Assembly: GCF_030384885.1 (NCBI RefSeq)
Contig: NZ_CP128613.1
Direction: 5' to 3' (one strand)
DNA: 64,000 nucleotides
DNA from: Escherichia coli
GTDB lineage: Bacteria > Pseudomonadota > Gammaproteobacteria > Enterobacterales > Enterobacteriaceae
Shown here: positions 40,820 through 52,403 of the stretch, piece by piece
Layout: every line of letters starts with the position of its first letter
Numbering within the stretch: position 1 is the stretch's first letter
Notes under the pieces: model-generated
The model's database searches: none
Told to the model about the DNA's origin: nothing
What the model saw: only the letters and a program-made list of their open reading frames with translations
Program-made: the position numbers and the translations under genes

Positions 40820-40927
40820 ATTTCCAAAGTCTGTTCACTGGCATTAGCAACGGAAAATATTGTTCTGAATGTGCTTCAGAACAAAACAGGTGCGGTTCCG
40901 ACAGGAATACCGTTTTAGGGGGATAAT

Positions 40928-42463
40928 ATGGCTACATCAGTACAGACAGGTAAAGCTAAACAGCTCACATTACTCGGATTCTTTGCCATAACGGCGTCGA
41001 TGGTAATGGCTGTTTATGAATACCCTACCTTCGCAACATCGGGCTTTTCATTAGTCTTCTTCCTGCTTTTAGGCGGGATTTTATGGTTTATTCCCGTGGG
41101 GCTTTGTGCTGCGGAAATGGCCACCGTCGACGGCTGGGAAGAAGGTGGTGTCTTCGCCTGGGTATCAAATACTCTGGGGCCGAGATGGGGGTTTGCAGCG
41201 ATCTCATTTGGCTATCTGCAAATCGCCATCGGTTTTATTCCAATGCTCTATTTCGTGTTAGGGGCACTCTCCTACATTTTGAAATGGCCAGCGTTGAATG
41301 AAGACCCCATTACCAAAACTATTGCAGCACTCATCATTCTTTGGGCGCTGGCATTAACACAGTTTGGTGGCACGAAATACACGGCGCGAATTGCTAAAGT
41401 TGGCTTCTTCGCCGGTATCCTGTTACCTGCATTTATTTTGATCGCATTAGCGGCTATTTATCTGCACTCCGGTGCTCCCGTTGCTATCGAAATGGATGCG
41501 AAAACCTTCTTCCCTGATTTCTCTAAAGTCGGCACCCTGGTTGTGTTTGTTGCCTTCATTTTGAGTTATATGGGGGTAGAAGCTTCCGCAACCCACGTCA
41601 ATGAAATGCGCAACCCCGGTCGCGATTATCCGCTGGCGATGTTACTGCTGATGGTGGCGGCAATCTGCTTAAGCTCTGTTGGCGGCTTGTCTATTGCGAT
41701 GGTTATTCCGGGTAATGAAATCAACCTCTCAGCAGGGGTAATGCAAACCTTTACCGTTCTGATGTCACATGTGGCACCGGAAATTGAGTGGACGGTTCGC
41801 GTGATCTCCGCACTGCTGTTGCTGGGTGTTCTGGCGGAAATCGCTTCCTGGATTGTTGGCCCTTCTCGCGGGATGTATGTCACCGCGCAGAAAAACCTGC
41901 TGCCAGCGGCGTTCGCTAAAATGAACAAAAATGGCGTACCGGTAACGCTGGTTATTTCGCAGCTGGTGATTACTACTATCGCGTTGATCATCCTCACCAA
42001 TACTGGTGGCGGTAACAATATGTCCTTCCTGATCGCCCTGGCGCTGACGGTGGTGATTTATCTGTGTGCTTATTTCATGCTGTTTATTGGCTACATTGTG
42101 TTGGTTCTTAAACATCCTGACTTAAAACGCACATTTAATATCCCTGGTGGTAAAGGGGTGAAACTGGTCGTGGCAATTGTCGGTCTGCTGACTTCAATTA
42201 TGGCGTTTATTGTTTCCTTCCTGCCGCCGGATAACATCCAGGGTGACTCTACCGATATGTATGTTGAATTACTGGTCGTTAGTTTCCTGGTGGTACTTGC
42301 CCTGCCCTTTATTCTCTATGCTGTTCATGATCGTAAAGGCAAAGCGAATACCGGCGTATCTCTGGAACCAATCAACAGCCAGAACGCACCGAAAGGTCAC
42401 TTCTTCCTGCACCCGCGTGCACGTTCACCACACCATATTGTGATGAATGACAAGAAACACTAA
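40928..42463 (+). CDS. gadC: Glutamate:GABA antiporter
   Basis: 511 aa, [32 protein letters not shown]...; matches recalled GadC. Confidence 0.95.
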   Translation: MATSVQTGKAKQLTLLGFFAITASMVMAVYEYPTFATSGFSLVFFLLLGGILWFIPVGLCAAEMATVDGWEEGGVFAWVSNTLGPRWGFAAISFGYLQIAIGFIPMLYFVLGALSYILKWPALNEDPITKTIAALIILWALALTQFGGTKYTARIAKVGFFAGILLPAFILIALAAIYLHSGAPVAIEMDAKTFFPDFSKVGTLVVFVAFILSYMGVEASATHVNEMRNPGRDYPLAMLLLMVAAICLSSVGGLSIAMVIPGNEINLSAGVMQTFTVLMSHVAPEIEWTVRVISALLLLGVLAEIASWIVGPSRGMYVTAQKNLLPAAFAKMNKNGVPVTLVISQLVITTIALIILTNTGGGNNMSFLIALALTVVIYLCAYFMLFIGYIVLVLKHPDLKRTFNIPGGKGVKLVVAIVGLLTSIMAFIVSFLPPDNIQGDSTDMYVELLVVSFLVVLALPFILYAVHDRKGKANTGVSLEPINSQNAPKGHFFLHPRARSPHHIVMNDKKH

Positions 42464-42488
42464 CCATGTCTGAATGGTAATAACACAA

Positions 42489-42516
42489 GGGAGCGATAAT
42501 TCATCGCTCCCTTTTT
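42489..42516 (+). terminator. Rho-independent terminator after gadC
   Basis: GGGAGCGA-TAATTCA-TCGCTCCC followed by TTTTT. Confidence 0.8.
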
Positions 42517-42593
42517 CATGCCTGTTGTCGTATTGACTTAACCGGGATAAGTACGAGAATGAGCGCACATCTGTTTACCGGAAACCAGCATAT

Positions 42594-43913
42594 ATGGATA
42601 TCTGCTCCCGAAACGTGAAATTAGCGATTAGAAGACCAGCGGCACTGGTTGCACTGGCACTTTTACTGAGTAGTTGTAAAAGCACGCCTCCAGATTCAAT
42701 GGTGACACCACCAGCAGGCTCAAAGCCACCAGCCTCGGCGCAACAATCATCACAACCGATGCGCGGCATCTGGCTGGCCACGGTGTCTCGCCTCGACTGG
42801 CCACCGGTTTCCTCGGTTAACATTAGTAACCCCACCAGCCGGATCCGCGTACAACAACAGGCGATGATCGACAAGCTCGATCATCTGCAACGTCTCGGTA
42901 TAAACACGGTCTTTTTCCAGGTCAAGCCGGACGGTACCGCACTATGGCCATCGAAAATTTTGCCGTGGTCCGATCTTATGACCGGTAAGATTGGCGAAAA
43001 CCCGGGTTACGATCCGTTGCAATTTATGCTCGACGAAGCCCACAAGCGTGGGATGAAAGTACACGCCTGGTTTAACCCTTACCGCGTATCGGTTAATACA
43101 AAGCCTGGTACTATCAGGGAACTGAATAGCACCCTGTCTCAACAACCGGCCAGCGTCTATGTGCAACACCGCGACTGGATAAGAACGTCGGGTGATCGGT
43201 TTGTCCTCGACCCAGGCATCCCTGAGGTTCAGGACTGGATCACATCAATAGTCGCGGAAGTGGTTTCCCGCTATCCGGTAGATGGCGTGCAGTTTGACGA
43301 CTATTTTTATACTGAGTCGCCGGGCTCACGGTTAAATGATAACGAGACGTACCGCAAATACGGAGGCGCATTTGCGTCAAAAGCAGACTGGCGGCGCAAC
43401 AATACCCAGCAGTTAATTGCGAAGGTTTCGCACACCATTAAAAGCATTAAGCCGGAAGTCGAATTTGGCGTTAGCCCGGCAGGCGTGTGGCGTAACCGAT
43501 CACACGATCCGCTCGGTTCTGATACCCGAGGCGCGGCAGCCTATGACGAATCCTACGCTGACACGCGCCGATGGGTGGAACAAGGATTGCTGGATTACAT
43601 TGCCCCCCAAATTTACTGGCCATTCTCGCGGAGTGCCGCGCGTTATGACGTGTTGGCAAAATGGTGGGCGGATGTCGTAAAACCAACTAAGACCCGCCTG
43701 TATATCGGTATCGCCTTCTATAAAGTGGGTGAACCTTCAAAGATAGAACCAGACTGGATGATTAACGGTGGCGTACCGGAACTGAAAAAGCAGCTCGATC
43801 TTAACGATGCTGTACCAGAAATCAGCGGCACAATCTTGTTCCGTGAGGACTATCTGAACAAACCTCAGACTCAACAAGCGGTCAGCTATTTGCAAAGTCG
43901 TTGGGGCAGTTAA
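42594..43913 (+). CDS. yddW: Lipoprotein YddW (glycoside-hydrolase-like)
   Basis: 439 aa; lipobox LLLSSC; conserved position between gadC and dosC. Confidence 0.85.
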   Translation: MDICSRNVKLAIRRPAALVALALLLSSCKSTPPDSMVTPPAGSKPPASAQQSSQPMRGIWLATVSRLDWPPVSSVNISNPTSRIRVQQQAMIDKLDHLQRLGINTVFFQVKPDGTALWPSKILPWSDLMTGKIGENPGYDPLQFMLDEAHKRGMKVHAWFNPYRVSVNTKPGTIRELNSTLSQQPASVYVQHRDWIRTSGDRFVLDPGIPEVQDWITSIVAEVVSRYPVDGVQFDDYFYTESPGSRLNDNETYRKYGGAFASKADWRRNNTQQLIAKVSHTIKSIKPEVEFGVSPAGVWRNRSHDPLGSDTRGAAAYDESYADTRRWVEQGLLDYIAPQIYWPFSRSAARYDVLAKWWADVVKPTKTRLYIGIAFYKVGEPSKIEPDWMINGGVPELKKQLDLNDAVPEISGTILFREDYLNKPQTQQAVSYLQSRWGS

Positions 43914-44276
43914 ACTTGTAACATGGCCGGTACTTTACCCACCGGCTTGCTACCCTCTTGAAATATCCCACTAGTAATCATGCTTACTTAAGTCAAATTA
44001 ACCACACAATTAAACACACTTAGTTAAATAGCCATAAAACCCCTAATAAAAATGTATGAATATGAAAACCCTACGGTATTCGCTGTTTCCGAAAAATAAT
44101 TACGATGGGCTATACTCTTCTGAAGAACAGTAGCGTAGATTGAAACTGTCCTAAGTCGCTTATTTGTTTTCAGTATATCTTCATATTTCAGGAGAATATG
44201 TGCAGTTAGTCGATCTCGCACGTTGCGTTTCGTTTTTGATTCCGTCTGCTTTCCCAGCCTTATAAGGGTGTGAATT

Positions 44277-45659
44277 ATGGAGATGTATTTTAAAAGAATG
44301 AAAGATGAGTGGACCGGGCTTGTCGAACAAGCAGATCCGCTCATTCGTGCTAAAGCCGCGGAAATTGCCGTTGCGCATGCCCATTATCTGAGTATTGAGT
44401 TTTACCGAATTGTCCGTATCGACCCGCATGCCGAAGAATTCTTGAGTAATGAACAAGTTGAGCGGCAGCTGAAAAGTGCGATGGAACGCTGGATTATTAA
44501 TGTGCTTTCTGCCCAGGTTGACGATGTTGAAAGGCTAATACAAATCCAGCATACCGTCGCAGAAGTGCATGCCCGCATCGGCATTCCAGTAGAAATTGTC
44601 GAGATGGGGTTTCGGGTGCTGAAAAAAATCCTCTATCCGGTCATCTTCTCTTCGGATTATTCTGCCGCAGAAAAACTTCAGGTCTACCATTTCTCGATTA
44701 ACAGTATTGATATCGCGATGGAAGTCATGACCCGCGCGTTTACCTTTAGTGACAGTAGTGCCTCAAAAGAAGATGAAAACTATCGTATCTTCTCGTTACT
44801 GGAAAACGCCGAAGAAGAAAAAGAACGGCAAATAGCCTCAATCCTTTCATGGGAAATTGACATTATCTATAAAGTTCTGCTGGATTCTGATTTAGGCAGT
44901 AGTTTGCCTTTAAGCCAGGCTGATTTTGGCCTGTGGTTTAACCATAAAGGTCGACATTATTTTAGCGGCATTGCCGAAGTGGGTCATATCTCCCGCCTGA
45001 TTCAGGATTTCGACGGTATTTTTAATCAAACCATACGTAATACAAAAAATTTGAGCAACAAAACTCTGCGGGTGAGATTTTTATTACAGATAAGAAATAC
45101 CGTATCGCAAATTATTACCTTGCTGCGTGAATTATTTGAAGAAGTATCTCGCCACGAAGTGGGTATGGATGTACTGACAAAATTACTTAACCGCCGCTTC
45201 CTGCCGACCATCTTTAAACGCGAAATTGCCCATGCCAACCGGACCGGAACCCCCCTGTCAGTGCTGATTATTGACGTTGATAAATTCAAAGAGATCAACG
45301 ATACGTGGGGCCATAACACCGGTGATGAAATTTTGCGTAAAGTTTCTCAGGCCTTTTATGACAACGTCCACAGTAGTGATTATGTTTTTCGTTACGGGGG
45401 AGATGAATTTATCATTGTTTTGACTGAAGCTTCTGAAAACGAAACGTTACGTACCGCAGAACGTATTCGCAGTCGGGTGGAGAAAACCAAACTGAAAGCC
45501 GCAAACGGCGAAGATATTGCCCTCTCACTTTCCATCGGTGCCGCCATGTTTAATGGTCATCCTGACTATGAGCGCCTCATTCAAATAGCCGATGAAGCTC
45601 TGTATATCGCCAAAAGACGAGGTAGAAACCGTGTTGAACTCTGGAAAGCCAGTCTTTAG
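44277..45659 (+). CDS. dosC: Oxygen-sensing diguanylate cyclase DosC
   Basis: 460 aa; GGDEF motif (RYGGDEFIIVL). Confidence 0.9.
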   Translation: MEMYFKRMKDEWTGLVEQADPLIRAKAAEIAVAHAHYLSIEFYRIVRIDPHAEEFLSNEQVERQLKSAMERWIINVLSAQVDDVERLIQIQHTVAEVHARIGIPVEIVEMGFRVLKKILYPVIFSSDYSAAEKLQVYHFSINSIDIAMEVMTRAFTFSDSSASKEDENYRIFSLLENAEEEKERQIASILSWEIDIIYKVLLDSDLGSSLPLSQADFGLWFNHKGRHYFSGIAEVGHISRLIQDFDGIFNQTIRNTKNLSNKTLRVRFLLQIRNTVSQIITLLRELFEEVSRHEVGMDVLTKLLNRRFLPTIFKREIAHANRTGTPLSVLIIDVDKFKEINDTWGHNTGDEILRKVSQAFYDNVHSSDYVFRYGGDEFIIVLTEASENETLRTAERIRSRVEKTKLKAANGEDIALSLSIGAAMFNGHPDYERLIQIADEALYIAKRRGRNRVELWKASL

Positions 45660-45683
45660 ATGCGCCAGGATGCAGAGGTAATC

Positions 45684-48083
45684 ATGAAGCTAACCGATGC
45701 GGATAATGCCGCCGATGGCATTTTTTTCCCCGCCCTTGAGCAAAATATGATGGGCGCGGTGTTAATTAACGAAAATGATGAAGTGATGTTTTTCAACCCC
45801 GCCGCAGAGAAGCTCTGGGGATACAAACGTGAAGAAGTCATTGGCAATAACATTGATATGCTGATTCCGCGGGATTTGCGTCCTGCGCATCCTGAATATA
45901 TCCGTCACAACCGTGAAGGCGGTAAAGCGCGCGTCGAGGGGATGAGTCGGGAGCTGCAGCTGGAGAAAAAAGACGGCAGTAAAATCTGGACCCGTTTTGC
46001 GCTATCGAAAGTGAGCGCCGAGGGTAAAATTTATTACCTGGCGCTGGTACGGGATGCCAGCGTAGAAATGGCGCAAAAAGAACAGATCCGACAATTGATT
46101 ATTGCTGTTGACCATCTCGACCGACCGGTGATTGTCCTCGATCCGGAACGCCATATTGTGCAGTGCAATCGCGCATTTACCGAAATGTTTGGTTACTGCA
46201 TTAGCGAAGCCAGCGGTATGCAGCCCGATACACTCCTGAACATTCCTGAATTCCCTGCCGATAACCGCATTCGTTTACAACAGTTGCTATGGAAAACCGC
46301 CCGCGATCAGGATGAATTTCTGCTGTTGACGCGCACCGGTGAAAAAATCTGGATTAAAGCCTCTATCAGCCCGGTCTATGACGTACTCGCACATCTTCAA
46401 AACCTGGTAATGACTTTCTCGGATATCACCGAAGAACGGCAAATCCGCCAGCTTGAAGGCAATATTCTCGCCGCCATGTGCAGCAGCCCGCCATTTCATG
46501 AAATGGGGGAAATCATTTGTCGTAACATCGAATCTGTTCTCAACGAATCGCATGTTTCGCTGTTCGCGCTGCGCAACGGGATGCCGATACACTGGGCGTC
46601 ATCTTCGCACGGTACAGAAGTTCAAAATGCGCAAAGCTGGTCAGCGACCATTCGTCAGCGTGATGGCGCACCGGCGGGGATCCTGCAAATTAAAACCTCG
46701 TCAGGAGCAGAAACCAGCGCCTTTATCGAACGCGTGGCAGATATCAGCCAGCATATGGCCGCGCTGGCGCTGGAACAGGAAAAAAGCCGTCAGCATATTG
46801 AACAACTCATCCAATTTGATCCGATGACCGGTCTGCCAAATCGCAATAACCTGCACAATTACCTCGATGACCTGGTCGACAAAGCCGTCTCTCCGGTGGT
46901 CTATCTCATCGGTGTTGACCATATTCAGGATGTGATTGATAGCCTTGGCTATGCGTGGGCCGATCAGGCATTGCTGGAAGTGGTCAATCGCTTTCGTGAA
47001 AAACTCAAACCGGATCAGTATCTCTGTCGTATCGAAGGTACGCAGTTTGTCCTCGTGAGCCTGGAAAACGACGTCAGTAACATTACCCAAATCGCCGATG
47101 AGCTACGGAATGTGGTCAGCAAGCCGATAATGATTGACGATAAACCATTCCCGCTCACCTTGAGCATTGGCATCAGCTACGACGTGGGTAAAAACCGCGA
47201 TTACCTGCTCTCCACTGCCCATAACGCGATGGATTATATTCGCAAGAATGGCGGTAACGGCTGGCAGTTCTTCAGCCCGGTGATGAACGAAATGGTGAAA
47301 GAACGATTGATATTAGGCGCAGCGCTGAAAGAAGCGATTAGCAATAACCAACTGAAACTGGTTTACCAGCCACAAATCTTCGCAGAAACGGGTGAACTGT
47401 ACGGCATCGAAGCCCTTGCTCGCTGGCACGATCCTCTGCATGGTCATGTGCCCCCTTCACGGTTTATTCCTCTCGCAGAAGAGATTGGCGAAATCGAAAA
47501 TATTGGGCGCTGGGTCATCGCGGAAGCTTGCCGTCAGTTAGCAGAATGGCGTAGCCAGAATATTCATATTCCAGCGTTATCCGTTAACTTGTCTGCGCTG
47601 CACTTCCGCAGTAATCAGCTGCCTAATCAGGTGTCTGATGCAATGCAAGTCTGGGGCATTGACGGCCACCAGCTAACGGTGGAAATCACCGAAAGCATGA
47701 TGATGGAACACGATACGGAAATTTTTAAGCGCATCCAGATCCTGCGCGATATGGGCGTGGGTTTATCGGTAGATGATTTTGGCACGGGTTTTTCCGGGTT
47801 ATCCCGCTTAGTCAGTCTTCCGGTAACGGAAATCAAAATTGACAAAAGTTTTGTTGATCGTTGTCTGACTGAAAAACGCATCCTTGCCTTACTTGAAGCT
47901 ATTACCAGCATTGGGCAAAGCCTGAATTTAACCGTCGTAGCGGAAGGCGTCGAAACCAAAGAGCAATTTGAGATGCTACGCAAGATTCACTGTCGCGTTA
48001 TTCAGGGATATTTCTTTTCCCGCCCCCTGCCCGCCGAAGAAATTCCAGGCTGGATGAGTAGCGTGTTACCGCTGAAAATCTGA
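45684..48083 (+). CDS. dosP: Oxygen-sensing c-di-GMP phosphodiesterase DosP
   Basis: 799 aa from ATG 45684 (MKLTDADNAADGIFFPALEQ...); PAS plus EAL (EALAR) domains. Confidence 0.9.
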   Translation: MKLTDADNAADGIFFPALEQNMMGAVLINENDEVMFFNPAAEKLWGYKREEVIGNNIDMLIPRDLRPAHPEYIRHNREGGKARVEGMSRELQLEKKDGSKIWTRFALSKVSAEGKIYYLALVRDASVEMAQKEQIRQLIIAVDHLDRPVIVLDPERHIVQCNRAFTEMFGYCISEASGMQPDTLLNIPEFPADNRIRLQQLLWKTARDQDEFLLLTRTGEKIWIKASISPVYDVLAHLQNLVMTFSDITEERQIRQLEGNILAAMCSSPPFHEMGEIICRNIESVLNESHVSLFALRNGMPIHWASSSHGTEVQNAQSWSATIRQRDGAPAGILQIKTSSGAETSAFIERVADISQHMAALALEQEKSRQHIEQLIQFDPMTGLPNRNNLHNYLDDLVDKAVSPVVYLIGVDHIQDVIDSLGYAWADQALLEVVNRFREKLKPDQYLCRIEGTQFVLVSLENDVSNITQIADELRNVVSKPIMIDDKPFPLTLSIGISYDVGKNRDYLLSTAHNAMDYIRKNGGNGWQFFSPVMNEMVKERLILGAALKEAISNNQLKLVYQPQIFAETGELYGIEALARWHDPLHGHVPPSRFIPLAEEIGEIENIGRWVIAEACRQLAEWRSQNIHIPALSVNLSALHFRSNQLPNQVSDAMQVWGIDGHQLTVEITESMMMEHDTEIFKRIQILRDMGVGLSVDDFGTGFSGLSRLVSLPVTEIKIDKSFVDRCLTEKRILALLEAITSIGQSLNLTVVAEGVETKEQFEMLRKIHCRVIQGYFFSRPLPAEEIPGWMSSVLPLKI

Positions 48084-48095
48084 CAAATCCCTCTC

Positions 48096-48120
48096 GCCCG
48101 CACTCGCGGGTTTTCTTTTA
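48096..48120 (+). terminator. Rho-independent terminator after dosP
   Basis: CCCGC-ACT-CGCGGG stem followed by TTTTCTTTT. Confidence 0.65.
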
Positions 48121-48340
48121 ACGTGACACTGTCACTTAAATACTGTGATTTCAGCTACGATTCCGGGAGATTCCTTCCTTAACTTCCCCTCTTGCACCAA
48201 AACTGCACTACGCTGCACAAATGTTGATCAAAAGTTAAAAAATATAACTTTAAGCCAGCATTCTGGCGCTTATCCCGGCATGGCATGAGATCTGCATAAG
48301 CGGAAAGCGCAGCAATTTTTGTCTTATACAGGAACCGTTT

Positions 48341-48922
48341 ATGTCGGATACCACCGAACTGGTTGATTTAGCCGTGATCTTCCCTGATCTGGAGATCGAA
48401 TTGAAATACGCCTGCGCTGATAACATCACAGGTAAAGCTATTTATCAGCAAGCGCGTTGTCTGTTACACAAGGATGCGATTACCGCGCTGGCGAAAAGTA
48501 TCAGTATCGCCCAGCTGTCAGGCTTACAACTGGTGATTTACGATGCGTATCGCCCACAACAAGCACAGGCGATGTTGTGGCAAACCTGCCCAGACCCGCA
48601 ATATGTTGTTGATGTGACGGTCGGTTCTAATCACAGCCGTGGCACGGCGATCGACCTGACGCTTCGTGATGAGCACGGGAACATCCTCGATATGGGCGCA
48701 GAGTTCGATGAAATGCACGAACGTTCCCATGCTTACCATCCTTCCGTCCCGCCCGCCGCTCAGCGCAATCGCCTGTTGCTGAATGCGATTATGACTGGCG
48801 GTGGCTTTGTCGGTATCCCGAGCGAATGGTGGCACTTCGAATTACCCCAGGCAGCGAGTTACCCACTACTCGCTGATCAATTCACCTGTTTTATATCCCC
48901 TGGCACACAGCACGCCAGTTAA
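48341..48922 (+). CDS. ddpX: D-Ala-D-Ala dipeptidase
   Basis: 193 aa; VanX-like; first gene of ddp operon. Confidence 0.9.
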   Translation: MSDTTELVDLAVIFPDLEIELKYACADNITGKAIYQQARCLLHKDAITALAKSISIAQLSGLQLVIYDAYRPQQAQAMLWQTCPDPQYVVDVTVGSNHSRGTAIDLTLRDEHGNILDMGAEFDEMHERSHAYHPSVPPAAQRNRLLLNAIMTGGGFVGIPSEWWHFELPQAASYPLLADQFTCFISPGTQHAS

Positions 48923-48935
48923 TCAGGAAACTGTC

Positions 48936-50486
48936 ATGAATAGATCGATTTCGTTTCGTCCTACATTGCTCGCGATCGTCCTTGCCACAACAATGCCGGT
49001 TGCGCACGCCGCCGTACCGAAAGATATGCTGGTGATCGGTAAAGCTGCCGACCCACAAACCCTCGACCCGGCGGTAACAATTGATAATAACGACTGGACA
49101 GTGACCTACCCGTCTTATCAGCGACTGGTTCAGTACAAAACGGACGGTGATAAAGGCTCAACAGACGTTGAAGGCGATCTGGCGAGTAGCTGGAAAGCGT
49201 CTGACGATCAAAAAGAGTGGACGTTCACCCTGAAGGACAATGCTAAATTTGCCGATGGCACACCCGTCACTGCCGAAGCAGTAAAACTCTCTTTTGAGCG
49301 GTTACTAAAAATCGGTCAGGGGCCAGCAGAAGCATTTCCCAAAGATTTAAAGATTGATGCTCCCGACGAACATACGGTGAGGTTTACCCTTAGCCAGCCA
49401 TTCGCACCGTTCCTCTACACGCTGGCGAATGACGGTGCATCCATTATCAATCCGGCGGTCTTAAAAGAACATGCGGCCGATGATGCCCGTGGTTTCCTCG
49501 CGCAAAATACCGCTGGCTCCGGACCGTTTATGCTGAAAAGCTGGCAAAAAGGTCAGCAATTAGTTCTGGTGCCAAATCCGCATTACCCCGGCAATAAACC
49601 GAACTTCAAACGGGTATCGGTAAAAATTATCGGTGAAAGTGCCTCCCGTCGCCTGCAGCTCTCCCGTGGCGACATTGACATTGCCGATGCGCTGCCGGTG
49701 GATCAACTCAACGCCCTGAAGCAGGAAAACAAAGTCAACGTGGCAGAGTATCCGTCACTGCGCGTCACCTATCTGTATCTCAATAACAGCAAAGCGCCAC
49801 TTAATCAGGCGGATCTGCGTCGGGCCATTTCCTGGTCTACCGATTATCAGGGTATGGTTAACGGCATTCTGAGCGGTAACGGAAAACAAATGCGCGGCCC
49901 GATTCCGGAAGGCATGTGGGGATACGATGCGACGGCAATGCAATACAACCATGACGAAACGAAAGCCAAAGCCGAATGGGATAAAGTGACGAGCAAACCC
50001 ACTAGCCTGACGTTTCTCTACTCCGATAACGATCCGAACTGGGAACCTATTGCTCTGGCAACACAATCCAGCCTCAACAAGCTGGGCATCAATGTGAAGC
50101 TGGAAAAGCTGGCGAACGCCACCATGCGCGACAGAGTGGGTAAAGGTGATTACGACATCGCGATTGGCAACTGGAGTCCGGATTTTGCCGACCCGTATAT
50201 GTTTATGAATTACTGGTTTGAGTCCGACAAAAAAGGTCTGCCGGGTAACCGCTCGTTCTATGAAAACAGTGAGGTCGATAAGTTACTGCGCAATGCGCTA
50301 GCGACCACCGACCAGACGCAGCGTACCCGGGACTACCAGCAGGCACAGAAAATCGTCATTGATGACGCTGCTTATGTGTATCTGTTCCAGAAAAACTACC
50401 AACTGGCGATGAACAAAGAGGTGAAAGGCTTTGTGTTCAATCCCATGCTGGAACAGGTCTTCAATATCAATACCATGAGTAAATAA
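48936..50486 (+). CDS. ddpA: D,D-dipeptide ABC transporter periplasmic binding protein
   Basis: 516 aa from ATG 48936 (AGGAA RBS; signal peptide MNRSISFRPTLLAIVLATTMPVAHA). Confidence 0.9.
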   Translation: MNRSISFRPTLLAIVLATTMPVAHAAVPKDMLVIGKAADPQTLDPAVTIDNNDWTVTYPSYQRLVQYKTDGDKGSTDVEGDLASSWKASDDQKEWTFTLKDNAKFADGTPVTAEAVKLSFERLLKIGQGPAEAFPKDLKIDAPDEHTVRFTLSQPFAPFLYTLANDGASIINPAVLKEHAADDARGFLAQNTAGSGPFMLKSWQKGQQLVLVPNPHYPGNKPNFKRVSVKIIGESASRRLQLSRGDIDIADALPVDQLNALKQENKVNVAEYPSLRVTYLYLNNSKAPLNQADLRRAISWSTDYQGMVNGILSGNGKQMRGPIPEGMWGYDATAMQYNHDETKAKAEWDKVTSKPTSLTFLYSDNDPNWEPIALATQSSLNKLGINVKLEKLANATMRDRVGKGDYDIAIGNWSPDFADPYMFMNYWFESDKKGLPGNRSFYENSEVDKLLRNALATTDQTQRTRDYQQAQKIVIDDAAYVYLFQKNYQLAMNKEVKGFVFNPMLEQVFNINTMSK

Positions 50487-50487
50487 C

Positions 50488-51510
50488 GTGACCTTCTGGA
50501 GTATTTTACGCCAACGCTGCTGGGGGCTGGTGCTCGTGGTGGCGGGCGTCTGTGTGATTACGTTTATTATCTCGCACCTGATCCCCGGCGACCCGGCGCG
50601 GTTACTGGCGGGTGACCGCGCCAGCGATGCTATCGTGGATAATATTCGCCAGCAACTGGGACTGGACCAGCCACTGTACGTACAGTTTTACCGCTACGTC
50701 AGCGACCTGTTTCAGGGTGACCTGGGAACATCCATTCGTACCGGGCGTCCGGTGCTGGAAGAGTTGCGCATATTTTTCCCGGCGACGCTGGAACTGGCAT
50801 TTTGCGCCCTGCTGCTGGCACTCCTGGTTGGTATCCCGCTGGGCATACTCTCTGCAGTCTGGCGAAATCGCTGGCTGGATCATCTGGTGCGAATAATGGC
50901 CATTACCGGAATCTCCACACCTGCGTTCTGGCTTGGGCTGGGCGTCATTGTGCTGTTTTATGGTCATCTGCAAATTCTTCCCGGCGGCGGAAGGCTTGAT
51001 GACTGGCTGGATCCACCAACGCACGTTACCGGCTTTTATCTGCTCGATGCGCTGCTTGAAGGCAACGGTGAAGTCTTCTTCAATGCGCTGCAACATCTCA
51101 TCTTACCGGCATTAACGCTGGCGTTCGTTCACCTGGGGATTGTCGCTCGCCAGATCCGCTCAGCTATGCTGGAACAATTGAGTGAAGACTACATTCGTAC
51201 CGCCCGGGCCAGCGGCTTGCCCGGCTGGTATATCGTTTTATGTTATGCGCTACCCAATGCGTTGATCCCCTCGATTACCGTATTGGGGCTGGCGCTGGGC
51301 GATTTGTTGTATGGCGCAGTGCTCACCGAAACCGTTTTTGCCTGGCCCGGAATGGGTGCATGGGTAGTAACATCAATACAGGCGCTCGACTTCCCGGCAG
51401 TGATGGGCTTTGCCGTCGTGGTTTCATTTGCTTATGTGCTGGTCAACCTGGTGGTGGATTTGCTCTATTTGTGGATTGATCCGCGTATCGGACGTGGAGG
51501 TGATGAATGA
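50488..51510 (+). CDS. ddpB: D,D-dipeptide ABC transporter permease
   Basis: 340 aa polytopic membrane protein; operon position. Confidence 0.9.
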   Translation: MTFWSILRQRCWGLVLVVAGVCVITFIISHLIPGDPARLLAGDRASDAIVDNIRQQLGLDQPLYVQFYRYVSDLFQGDLGTSIRTGRPVLEELRIFFPATLELAFCALLLALLVGIPLGILSAVWRNRWLDHLVRIMAITGISTPAFWLGLGVIVLFYGHLQILPGGGRLDDWLDPPTHVTGFYLLDALLEGNGEVFFNALQHLILPALTLAFVHLGIVARQIRSAMLEQLSEDYIRTARASGLPGWYIVLCYALPNALIPSITVLGLALGDLLYGAVLTETVFAWPGMGAWVVTSIQALDFPAVMGFAVVVSFAYVLVNLVVDLLYLWIDPRIGRGGDE

Positions 51511-52403
51511 TGCTAAGCGAGGAAACGTCCGTCGTACGCCCACCAAAACAAACGCGATTTAACGGTGCAAAACTGGTATGGATGCTGAAAGGCAGTCCGC
51601 TCACCGTGACCGGCGCAGTCATCATTGTATTAATGCTATTGATGATGATTTTTTCACCGTGGCTGGCGACGCATGATCCCAACGCCATTGATTTAACTGC
51701 CCGCCTTTTGCCGCCTTCTGCGGCGCACTGGTTTGGCACCGATGAAGTGGGACGCGATCTGTTTAGCCGCGTACTGGTCGGCAGTCAGCAATCAATTCTC
51801 GCCGGATTAGTGGTGGTCGCCATTGCGGGTATGATGGGTTCGCTACTCGGGTGTCTATCCGGTGTGCTTGGCGGACGCGCAGACGCGATCATCATGCGCA
51901 TCATGGACATTATGCTGTCGATTCCTTCGCTGGTGCTGACAATGGCGCTGGCTGCCGCACTTGGACCGAGTTTGTTTAACGCCATGCTGGCGATTGCTAT
52001 CGTGCGAATCCCGTTTTATGTGCGCCTGGCGCGGGGGCAAACATTAGTTGTCCGCCAGTACACTTTCGTTCAGGCGGCGAAAACCTTCGGTGCGTCACGC
52101 TGGCATCTGATCAACTGGCATATTTTACGTAACTCCCTGCCGCCGCTGATTGTGCAGGCATCGCTGGATATTGGTAGCGCGATTTTAATGGCCGCCACGT
52201 TGGGATTTATTGGCCTGGGTGCTCAACAACCGAGTGCTGAATGGGGGGCGATGGTGGCGAATGGTCGCAACTATGTGCTCGATCAATGGTGGTATTGCGC
52301 ATTTCCGGGGGCAGCGATTTTGCTTACCGCCGTCGGGTTCAATCTCTTTGGTGATGGTATTCGCGATCTGCTTGACCCGAAAGCAGGAGGAAAGCAGTCA
52401 TGA
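51507..52403 (+). CDS. ddpC: D,D-dipeptide ABC transporter permease
   Basis: 298 aa; 4-nt overlap with ddpB. Confidence 0.9.
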   Translation: MMLSEETSVVRPPKQTRFNGAKLVWMLKGSPLTVTGAVIIVLMLLMMIFSPWLATHDPNAIDLTARLLPPSAAHWFGTDEVGRDLFSRVLVGSQQSILAGLVVVAIAGMMGSLLGCLSGVLGGRADAIIMRIMDIMLSIPSLVLTMALAAALGPSLFNAMLAIAIVRIPFYVRLARGQTLVVRQYTFVQAAKTFGASRWHLINWHILRNSLPPLIVQASLDIGSAILMAATLGFIGLGAQQPSAEWGAMVANGRNYVLDQWWYCAFPGAAILLTAVGFNLFGDGIRDLLDPKAGGKQS